Shown: piece by piece, positions 9,464 through 17,152 of the stretch
Layout of the letters: every line of letters begins with the position of its first letter
Position numbering within the stretch: position 1 is the stretch's first letter
IMG/VR virus record: IMGVR_UViG_3300025723_000127
Location: 1-30,826 of that record
DNA length: 30,826 bases
Strand: one strand, 5' to 3'
Origin: a virus
Lineage: Duplodnaviria > Caudoviricetes
Program-made: the position numbers and the translations under genes
The notes under the pieces: model-generated
Database searches by the model: none
Seen by the model: only the letters and a program-made list of their open reading frames with translations
What the model was told of the DNA's origin: nothing

Positions 9464-12400
9464 ATGGGATACCCAGTTTGGATTTCACCAAATCAAGGTG
9501 ATCTAGATAAAGTTGCTGCTCAGCAATATTATAATCTAGAGTTAGTAGCTACGGATCTAGATGATCCTACAAATCAAGAAGCAGTGTCCTTTCAGCTAAT
9601 TGCGGGCCAGCTTCCGCGTGGATTACAAATATCCCCTAAAGGACAAATTATAGGACAAACAGAAACAACATTTACTTTAAATGGCGTACCATTCAGTGTT
9701 AATGTTGATGTTACTAGTGAATTTACTATCAGAGCTACAAGTTATACAGATGGTAAAATTACAGATAGAACATTTAGTATAACCATTACTGGTAATTTCC
9801 CACCTGAAATTTTAACTATTGCGGATCCACTTGGGATTTATCTAGACGGTACTCATGTGAATTTACAACTAGAAGCAATTGATCTTAACAATGATCCACT
9901 TACTTGGACTTTAGAAGATGGACAACTACCAGCTGGATTAAGTTTAAGTAGCACAGGGTTAATTAGTGGGTTTGTAATTCCACAATTTTCGGATTTAAAT
10001 CCAAATGCAAATGGGTGGAGTGAAGATAAATGGAGCGGAGATCCGTGGGAATTTGCTGTTAAGAGCAATAATTTTATCTATAACTTTACTGTTGGTGTAA
10101 GTGATGGTAAGATTAAAACACTTAGACAATATAAAATAGAAGTATATGCTCATAATGATTTGAGAACAGATAATATTGTTATTATGGCTGATAATACTAA
10201 TATTACAGCTGATATGGATTACAATAGACCCCCTATATTATTAACTCAAACATTGGGTGATAATGCAATAGTTAATAGTGGCGGCTATTTTGCTTTTCAA
10301 TTTCAAGGTGTTGACTATGATGGTTATCCTGTACAATATAATATTAATACAGGTAATAATTTTGGGTGGGATGGTGATATAAATTGGGATATGACCTCAT
10401 GGGATATAGATGCTTTAATACTCCCACCAGGATTAACATTGGATACAAATACAGGATGGTTAACTGGATATATCCCTCGTCAAGCAGAAACAAAAATTAA
10501 TTATACATTTGGAGTTTATGTTAATAGTACAGTTGGATATTATGTTGAAAGCACACCTATATTATTCACCCTTACTATATTAGGAGATTTAGATCTTTCA
10601 GTACAATGGATCACTAGTCCTGGATTAGGAACTATTTTTGCAGGGGGTATTAGCAATTTAAAAGTAGAAGCATTTGCACCTTCGGGAAAAGAACTTACCT
10701 ATACTTTGGACATTAATAGTAAACTCCCACAAGGGTTGACTTTATTAAGTGATGGTACAATATCAGGAAGAGTTAGTTTTCAAGCTATGGCATATGATCA
10801 AGGTAAAACTACCTTTGATAAAATATTAGCTAGTCAGTCTGTATATAATAACAATACTAATTTTGATAATAACTTTCAATTTAATGTTACAGCCAGTAAT
10901 TTTTCTATTTCGAAGATTAATATTGCACCCGAAGTTGAAACAGCCGGCCAGTGGCAGCCGATGACTGCTTATCTATCGAGTCAATACATATCATATAATG
11001 GAAGTATATATACAGTTGTACGAAATTTCACCAGTGGCACTGGGTTTGATACTACCAATTTAAGTTTATATTGGGGTTACTCAGTTGAACAAGTAAATGA
11101 GATAAGCAGCACACAAACATTCACTCTTAGAGTAAATCCTGTAACATATGAGCCATACGAAAATCTATATATTAGATGCTTACCCTCAGCTAATAACAGA
11201 CAGATACTCGAACAAATTATTAATAATACTGATATATTTGATCCAGCAGATGTTTATCGTCCAAATGATCCTTATTTTGGTATATCAACTGAATTAAAGA
11301 TGCTAGTTAATTATGGCATTAAAGCCAGTGATATGAGTGCATATATCTCAGCAATGCAAACAAGACACTTTAACAAGAAATTCTACTTTGGTAACTATAA
11401 ACTTGCACAAGGCAAAGATATAAATGGCAATGTTTTATACGATGTAATTTATGTTGATATGATTGAAGATACTAAAATATACACTTCAGTTAACGGTGTC
11501 CCAAAGAAATTAATACCAGCTTCTTCAACTGATATGAATCGAAAAAATCCAAATTGGAGAAATCCAAGAGCAATAAATGCTACACAAAACATACTGAATG
11601 TAGATAGTTCTAATACAGTCGATGCTGGGTACATTAAAATAAATGACACTTATTACCTTAGAGATCCATTGAATCAAATTGCACCAAATGATTTAACACT
11701 AATGCAACTTGATATTACTAATAATCTAGAAAACACTAATTTAAACAGCTTGCCTGAATGGATGATCAGTATACAAAGCAATGGCAGAATACTAGGATAT
11801 ACCAGTGGTGCAGTACTGGCTTATTTGAAACCAGGTACAGGTGCAAGAGCATTATATAGAATGAATAGATATGCACCATACGATATTAAAGTCGTTCCAT
11901 TCGTTACTGATCGATATGTATTGAATAATAGTTACACAACCAATTTTGATTTAAACACAAGAAAATTTGTTGCTAAAAGTTATACAACATTCGATAGACT
12001 TAGTGGTGGCAGCAGTTACATAACTCCTGCTGCAACTGTAGATTTTGCAGTAAATAGACCTTTCAGTAGTATAAACAATCAATCGTTAGACTATATGATT
12101 GAAACAAATGGACTGGACGGTGTCACTTATAATTTAGATCAAAAATATATAATTTTTGCTACTCAAGAGGCCTTTAATGAAAATCAATGGGGTCTTTTAC
12201 CAAATGATGGGTGGAATATTGTTCCATTGGAAACAGGAAATTATCGATGGGATGATACAATAGCATGGGATATGGATGTTTGGGACAAATATAATCCTGT
12301 TAATAGTACACCAGTTCCTGGTTATTTAGAAAAGATAAATTTATTAAGTTTTGTTAATCAACGGGCAGGTGTATGGAAAATAAATGTTGATGCTAACAAT

Positions 12401-12694
12401 TATATTTCGTTAACTTTCGTGAAGGAAATTAATCCTGGTAATTATGTTTTTGTTAATAGTGGGGTAACACATAGTAACAGCTATCAATTATATGATCCTG
12501 CTACATTAAGTTTAGGATACTCTGTTCCACAATATTCTCAGAGCTTTAATGGAGTATTGAAACCTAGATCTATAACTACGTTTGATCGTACAAACACCGT
12601 ATTCATTAATAATGTTGACAAATATACTATTCCATTACAGGGAGACAAGTATTTGAAATTTCCAAAACAAGAGATATTTTTGAATGGCCAGTAA
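9464..12694 (+). CDS. Large virion/baseplate protein with putative Ig-like (He_PIG-type) domains
   Basis: Repeated G.LP.GL.L...G.I.G motifs (GQLPRGLQIS, GQLPAGLSLSSTGLISG, LPPGLTLDTNTGWLTG, KLPQGLTLLSDGTISG); Trp/Asp triplet motifs; TTFD repeats. Confidence 0.8.
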   Translation: MGYPVWISPNQGDLDKVAAQQYYNLELVATDLDDPTNQEAVSFQLIAGQLPRGLQISPKGQIIGQTETTFTLNGVPFSVNVDVTSEFTIRATSYTDGKITDRTFSITITGNFPPEILTIADPLGIYLDGTHVNLQLEAIDLNNDPLTWTLEDGQLPAGLSLSSTGLISGFVIPQFSDLNPNANGWSEDKWSGDPWEFAVKSNNFIYNFTVGVSDGKIKTLRQYKIEVYAHNDLRTDNIVIMADNTNITADMDYNRPPILLTQTLGDNAIVNSGGYFAFQFQGVDYDGYPVQYNINTGNNFGWDGDINWDMTSWDIDALILPPGLTLDTNTGWLTGYIPRQAETKINYTFGVYVNSTVGYYVESTPILFTLTILGDLDLSVQWITSPGLGTIFAGGISNLKVEAFAPSGKELTYTLDINSKLPQGLTLLSDGTISGRVSFQAMAYDQGKTTFDKILASQSVYNNNTNFDNNFQFNVTASNFSISKINIAPEVETAGQWQPMTAYLSSQYISYNGSIYTVVRNFTSGTGFDTTNLSLYWGYSVEQVNEISSTQTFTLRVNPVTYEPYENLYIRCLPSANNRQILEQIINNTDIFDPADVYRPNDPYFGISTELKMLVNYGIKASDMSAYISAMQTRHFNKKFYFGNYKLAQGKDINGNVLYDVIYVDMIEDTKIYTSVNGVPKKLIPASSTDMNRKNPNWRNPRAINATQNILNVDSSNTVDAGYIKINDTYYLRDPLNQIAPNDLTLMQLDITNNLENTNLNSLPEWMISIQSNGRILGYTSGAVLAYLKPGTGARALYRMNRYAPYDIKVVPFVTDRYVLNNSYTTNFDLNTRKFVAKSYTTFDRLSGGSSYITPAATVDFAVNRPFSSINNQSLDYMIETNGLDGVTYNLDQKYIIFATQEAFNENQWGLLPNDGWNIVPLETGNYRWDDTIAWDMDVWDKYNPVNSTPVPGYLEKINLLSFVNQRAGVWKINVDANNYISLTFVKEINPGNYVFVNSGVTHSNSYQLYDPATLSLGYSVPQYSQSFNGVLKPRSITTFDRTNTVFINNVDKYTIPLQGDKYLKFPKQEIFLNGQ

Positions 12695-12757
12695 AATAAT
12701 AGAAGAAACAAAAGCAACTAAATAATATAAAAGGAATCATATCCCAATGGCCAGTAA
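12683..12757 (+). repeat. 12-bp direct repeat AATGGCCAGTAA flanking a promoter/RBS segment
   Basis: Copies at 12683-12694 and 12746-12757; CTAAATA (12718-12724) and AAGGA lie between them. Confidence 0.75.
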
Positions 12758-13673
12758 TATAAATGCCAATAATATAGACGGTACATATCCAGTAGCAGGT
12801 GTCGATAATGATAGCCAAGGATTCCGTACTAACTTTACTAATATTAAGACTAATTTAACATATGCCAAGTCAGAACTTGAAGATCTGCAAAGCAAAGTGT
12901 TGTTAAAGAGCGCATTAACAGGCACAACACTTAACAATAATCTATCAGGTACAACATTAAGCGGTGCTGAAATATATAATTTTAGAGAGACTGAAGTTGA
13001 TTTGGCAACTACTTCTGGCACACTAACTTTAGATCATAGTTTAGCTCATAATTATATTGTCTCTACAAATGGCTCAGTGAGTTTAGCATTTACAAATTTC
13101 CCATTGGCTGGTAAAGTTGGAAGAATTAGACTTAAGATAAATGTCCAAAGCGACACCTATACTATGACTTTACCAGCAGCGGTAACTTTAGGTACTGATG
13201 GTATTAATGGATACAGTAACAGTATTATTAGCTTTGCCTCTGCTGGTGTATATATCTATGAATTTTTAACAGATGATCAGGGTGCATCTATACATATACA
13301 GGACCTTTCACGTCCTAGAATACCTACAGCAACTAATACAGAATGGCATAATACTTCTGGAAACTTTTTAAATTATTCATATCAAAATGTAAGCAGTAAC
13401 TTCAATATAGCTGCTTTAAATTCATTATATATTGACAGCACATCGACATTATCAATAGGCAATGTTTACTTACCAAATCCTGCAAATGATGGGCAGATCA
13501 TTGCTATTAATACAAACAATGCAATTTCAACTCTGCATATTTCTTCTAATGCGGGTACATTGATACTTGGTAATGTTACATCATTATCGGCTAATACGTC
13601 AGTTGCTTTCCAATACATTGGAGATGCTACACCATCACCCAAGTGGTTTCGCATTAATAAATCAAGTACTTAA
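12747..13673 (+). CDS. Putative virion structural protein
   Basis: MASNIN..NIDGTYPVAGVDNDSQGFRTNFTNIK followed by a coiled coil and a beta-rich remainder; follows the baseplate-like gene. Confidence 0.7.
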   Translation: MASNINANNIDGTYPVAGVDNDSQGFRTNFTNIKTNLTYAKSELEDLQSKVLLKSALTGTTLNNNLSGTTLSGAEIYNFRETEVDLATTSGTLTLDHSLAHNYIVSTNGSVSLAFTNFPLAGKVGRIRLKINVQSDTYTMTLPAAVTLGTDGINGYSNSIISFASAGVYIYEFLTDDQGASIHIQDLSRPRIPTATNTEWHNTSGNFLNYSYQNVSSNFNIAALNSLYIDSTSTLSIGNVYLPNPANDGQIIAINTNNAISTLHISSNAGTLILGNVTSLSANTSVAFQYIGDATPSPKWFRINKSST

Positions 13674-13686
13674 TACTGCAATTTAA

Positions 13687-13728
13687 TTGACTCCTACTAT
13701 GTATTACTTTACTATACATAGTAGGAGT
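13687..13728 (+). promoter_or_regulatory. Sigma70-like promoter embedded in a perfect 15-bp hairpin (RBS sequestration and/or terminator)
   Basis: TTGACT (13687-13692), 17 nt, TACTAT (13710-13715); ACTCCTACTATGTAT (13690-13704) / ATACATAGTAGGAGT (13714-13728), followed by ATTTTT. Confidence 0.75.
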
Positions 13729-13734
13729 ATTTTT

Positions 13735-14181
13735 ATGACTATTGACCTAAACCGTTATACAGAATTTGTCGCAGCAGTTACCAGCAAAGAATCAACTGAT
13801 CTAACAGCATTTATGAATCGCTTAGATAGGCTTGATACAAATTATGAAGTTAATGCACCCACTGGAATTTCAGAATATGGCCCACAAATTAACGTGCCAT
13901 TACTTATTACAAGTGGCATTGGACTTAGCAGTGAGTGTGGCGAGTACAATGAAATCATTAAGAAGATGCTATTTCAAGGTAAGCCACTGACCGATGAGAA
14001 CGTGTTTCATATGAAGCGTGAGCTTGGCGATATCATGTGGTATTGGGCTAATGCTTGTAGGGCACTGGGTTTTGATCCAAATGATGTCATTGAAGAAAAT
14101 GTACGTAAGTTGGAAGCACGTTATCCTGGCGGCAAGTTTGATGCTCACTATAGTGAAAATCGCAAAGAAGGTGACTTATAA
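13735..14181 (+). CDS. mazG: MazG-like nucleotide pyrophosphohydrolase
   Basis: GLSSECGEYNEIIKK...RELGDIMWY...N.RKL.ARYP; AGGAG SD supports ATG 13735 rather than TTG 13687. Confidence 0.85.
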   Translation: MTIDLNRYTEFVAAVTSKESTDLTAFMNRLDRLDTNYEVNAPTGISEYGPQINVPLLITSGIGLSSECGEYNEIIKKMLFQGKPLTDENVFHMKRELGDIMWYWANACRALGFDPNDVIEENVRKLEARYPGGKFDAHYSENRKEGDL

Positions 14182-14435
14182 TGTCCATGTATCATCCATT
14201 GGTTGGTAAATTGGATGATCTTACTTTAGATGATCTTCTTACTAAGATTAGTGATTTACATACAAAATTAGGACAATCTAATAGATTTGGTAATTTTCAA
14301 ATGTCAAATCAAATTCGCGCTGCACTAACAATGCATCAAGAAGAATACCAAAAACGACTAACAGCAGAATCTGAAAAAACTAAAAATCACAAACTACTTA
14401 AAGATAAGGTTAATGTAAACAATGACAGATCTTAG
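14181..14435 (+). CDS. Small helical hypothetical protein
   Basis: 84-aa ORF, TAATG-coupled to mazG. Confidence 0.75.
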   Translation: MSMYHPLVGKLDDLTLDDLLTKISDLHTKLGQSNRFGNFQMSNQIRAALTMHQEEYQKRLTAESEKTKNHKLLKDKVNVNNDRS

Positions 14436-15063
14436 TTATGACTGCACATGGAATTCGGTTATTGCATTAGATGATTGGATTGCACCAAGTAATTATAAAT
14501 GTAAAATCTATTTCGATATCGAGACAGACGATGGAGAACAACAAAATATTGCATTTGAACGTTGTAAGATAATGATTGAAACAATCTTTGAACATAGTTT
14601 AATAATCAATATTAATAATCCTTTATTGCAGGTTTTAGCTAAAAAATCTAAACAGAGAATAATCACTTTACCTTCGGAACCAATTGATGTCATAATGGCT
14701 GCTGTATTGTATAGCAAGCTAAATGCAGTATCAGAAGGTCGTCTATCTATTAGAAAGATCAAAATATCCAGTAGTCAAGGCGATAATATTTGGGTTCATT
14801 TTGACGAAGATTTTGCAGAAGATTTTGGTAGTTTAGAATGTGAACTTTATAAAACAATCGATGAAAAGCCATGGTGGATTCGCCCCGATCCCAGTATTGG
14901 CGATTGGTTTGAATTTGGCAAGAAAGATATTAAGTTTCATTATCAAAAGTCCTCATGGGACAAGAGTTTGTTATGGGAAAAAGCTAACGATAATAAAGGC
15001 GGAAAGTCGAAGTCAAATTGGAATCCAAAGGTTATAGATGGCGGCAAAGAAACTAAACATTGA
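14422..15063 (+). CDS. Hypothetical protein, weak resemblance to the QueD/T-fold layout
   Basis: 213-aa ORF overlapping both neighbours; NYKCKIYF...FERCK..IE.IFEHSLI spacing recalls QueD without its His motifs. Confidence 0.65.
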   Translation: MTDLSYDCTWNSVIALDDWIAPSNYKCKIYFDIETDDGEQQNIAFERCKIMIETIFEHSLIININNPLLQVLAKKSKQRIITLPSEPIDVIMAAVLYSKLNAVSEGRLSIRKIKISSSQGDNIWVHFDEDFAEDFGSLECELYKTIDEKPWWIRPDPSIGDWFEFGKKDIKFHYQKSSWDKSLLWEKANDNKGGKSKSNWNPKVIDGGKETKH

Positions 15064-15565
15064 CAAATATAGTCGTAGTATAGTTACAGAATCTGACATA
15101 TGTCAGCAGCTATACTACGACTCAAAATTTGACTATAGTAAAGTTGCCTTACGAGATCCTAGTAAGTACAACTCTGCTATAGATCGGTTGTTCTTATATG
15201 AACCAAAGTTAGAAACACTTGAAGAAATTGCTGTTGATCCTGTAGCATGGCATGAATCAAATCAAAATATTTGGTTCATGCCTGAAGAATATAAGAACAT
15301 GGACATTGCGAAATGGCTCTTGGACCAGGCTAAAAATGATACTGAACTCCAGCGCACTGGCGCAGAATTACTAATGTTTGCAGAGCGTGACTTGTTAGAC
15401 CTGTTACGTTATCTTAAATATTTTGTTGATACACTTAGAACCAACAATATTGTTTGGGGAGTTGGCAGAGGTAGTAGTGTAGCTAGTTTCGTTCTTTATT
15501 TAATTGGTGTTCATAAGATCAACTCAATCTCCTACGGCTTAGATATCAATGAATTCATAAGGTAA
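15038..15565 (+). CDS. dnaE: Stand-alone fragment of DNA polymerase III alpha (C-family)
   Basis: R...EL.M......L.YL.YFVDTLRTNNIVWGVGRGSSVASFVLYLIGVHKINSISYGLDINEFIR matches DnaE GPGRGSAAGSLVAY.LGIT.IDP..Y.L.FERF. Confidence 0.85.
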   Translation: MAAKKLNIDKYSRSIVTESDICQQLYYDSKFDYSKVALRDPSKYNSAIDRLFLYEPKLETLEEIAVDPVAWHESNQNIWFMPEEYKNMDIAKWLLDQAKNDTELQRTGAELLMFAERDLLDLLRYLKYFVDTLRTNNIVWGVGRGSSVASFVLYLIGVHKINSISYGLDINEFIR

Positions 15566-15585
15566 TTGGTATTCATAAGATAAAT
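15563..15585 (+). pseudogene. Left half of a duplicated dnaE 3' end (IGIHKIN), containing the late promoter ATAAATA
   Basis: TAATTGGTATTCATAAGATAAA (15563-15584) versus TAATTGGTGTTCATAAGATCAA (15501-15522); ATAAATA at 15580-15586. Confidence 0.75.
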
Positions 15586-15605
15586 AAGTTCGTAGGAGTA
15601 GTTTT

Positions 15606-16253
15606 ATGTTTTACGTTTATCAATATTTGAGAGAAGATGGCACACCTTACTATGTAGGGAAAGGGAAAGGCAAAAGAGCATTTGTTAAAGGAAAACATGA
15701 AAGAATCAAAAAACCCAGTAATCCTAATAATATAATAATAGTTAAAGATAATTTAACTGAAACTGAAGCTTTTAAGTTAGAAACACAATTAATAGAACAA
15801 TATGGTCGCAAAGATTTAGGCACAGGTATATTACAAAACTTATCTAACGGCGGAGATGGACCATCTGGAGCAGTTTATGGTCCGATACCTGAAGAAAGAA
15901 GAAAGAAAATTTCAGAAAAGCTTACTGGCAGAAAAGTTAGTGACGAGACTAAACAAAAGTTAAGTTTATCACATAAAGGTTTAAAACAATCAGATGAGAC
16001 AAAGAAAAAGAGATCTGAAAAACTAAAGGGAATTGAAAAGTCAATTGAATATAAAGAGCATCTATCAAAAAGTAGGATGGGTGAAAACAACCCAATGTTT
16101 GGTAAAATTTCTCCAAATAAAGGAAAGAAACTTTCTGATGAAATCAAAAACAAGATTAAAGAAGCACGATCAAAACAAACTTTTAGTGAGGAAACCAGAT
16201 TGAAAATGGCAGAATCGCAAAGATTAAGGCATGCTAACAAGCGTAACCTATAA
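15606..16253 (+). mobile_element. Free-standing GIY-YIG homing endonuclease with NUMOD3 repeats
   Basis: FYVYQYLREDGTPYYVGKG...R...EAFKLETQLI..YGRKDLGTGILQNLSNGGDG; repeats SDETKQKLS, SDETKKKRS, GENNPMFGK, SEETRLKMA; AGGAG SD. Confidence 0.88.
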
Positions 16254-16281
16254 TCTAGATATTGAAGAATTTATACGTTAA
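16240..16281 (+). pseudogene. Right half of the duplicated dnaE 3' end (SVTYNLDIEEFIR*)
   Basis: AGC GTA ACC TAT AAT CTA GAT ATT GAA GAA TTT ATA CGT TAA parallels SISYGLDINEFIR* at the end of dnaE. Confidence 0.8.
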
Positions 16282-16303
16282 ATATAATAAAAGGAATAAA
16301 CAA

Positions 16304-16723
16304 ATGGTTGGAGTTTATACTACAAGCCGCGGCAATAAAGTTGACATGAATAGTATAAAAATTAAAAATGAGATGGTTGTTGCAGTGGGTAACGCTGGGA
16401 CAAATGCCAGAGGTGATTTAGTTAAAGGCGGACAGATTATTAAAACTAGAGAACAGATAATGCGGGAACAATATAGTATTAGAGGAAATAATATTCCTAA
16501 GGATAGTACGGGATACGAATCATTAGCAGATATTAAAGCTGATGAACCAACTCCTGTAAATTTCGATTCACCTTATGATTCATTAAAAAATAATAACAAT
16601 AACGCTTTAAAAACAGTAGAACAACCTGTATTAGATAATGTACCTCGCGGCGGGTTAGCAAATGCAGTTAGTAAAAGTCAAGAAATTGCAGAAGTATTAG
16701 AACAGCAGAGAAAGAGAATTTAA
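16304..16723 (+). CDS. Phage hypothetical protein
   Basis: TTAAATA (16278-16284) and AAGGA precede ATG 16304 (MVGVYTTSRGNKVDM...AVGNAGTNARGD); preferred over TTG 16262. Confidence 0.75.
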   Translation: MVGVYTTSRGNKVDMNSIKIKNEMVVAVGNAGTNARGDLVKGGQIIKTREQIMREQYSIRGNNIPKDSTGYESLADIKADEPTPVNFDSPYDSLKNNNNNALKTVEQPVLDNVPRGGLANAVSKSQEIAEVLEQQRKRI

Positions 16724-16725
16724 CC

Positions 16726-17106
16726 ATGGCATTTACTGCTCGAATTCATATTAAAGCTAATTGGAAAAAGATTAAGCCAACTCATAGTAATATTTTAGTT
16801 ACTGATATGGAATTTGGCGAACGTTTATCGGCAGGTGGAATTATCCTAATAGGTGATGATAGCGAGGAACGCGGTATTCGCCCACGTTGGTGTCATGTTC
16901 TAGCAGTTGGCCATGAGAATAAAGATGTTAAAAAAGGTGAATATATACTTGTAGCACATGGCCGCTGGACACGCGGAATAGATTTGACTGATGACCAGGG
17001 CCATGCTACTACTGTTCGCATGGTTGATCCAAAAGATGTGCTACTTGTATCAAAAGAATTGCCAGTTGATGACTATGTAGCTACAACTTATCATCAACGC
17101 GATTAA
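16726..17106 (+). CDS. groES: GroES/Cpn10-like co-chaperonin
   Basis: IKPTHSNILV...SAGGIIL...VLAVG....DVKKGEYILV...VRMVDPKDVL. Confidence 0.8.
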   Translation: MAFTARIHIKANWKKIKPTHSNILVTDMEFGERLSAGGIILIGDDSEERGIRPRWCHVLAVGHENKDVKKGEYILVAHGRWTRGIDLTDDQGHATTVRMVDPKDVLLVSKELPVDDYVATTYHQRD

Positions 17107-17135
17107 TTGACATTTATTTAATTTCTGTATATATT
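17107..17135 (+). promoter_or_regulatory. Sigma70-like promoter
   Basis: TTGACA (17107-17112), 17 nt, TATATT (17130-17135); GAGG SD before ATG 17153. Confidence 0.75.
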
Positions 17136-17152
17136 AATGCTAGAGGTAAAAC

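Noticed and set aside
15060-15084. TTGACA...TATAGT promoter inside the dnaE start
   Set aside because: The spacer is only 13 nt.
15566-16281. Group I intron or intein carrying the endonuclease
   Set aside because: Only about 20 nt separate the left junction from the ATG and none remain at the right junction, leaving no room for a ribozyme core. dnaE has its own stop upstream, and no intein termini are seen.
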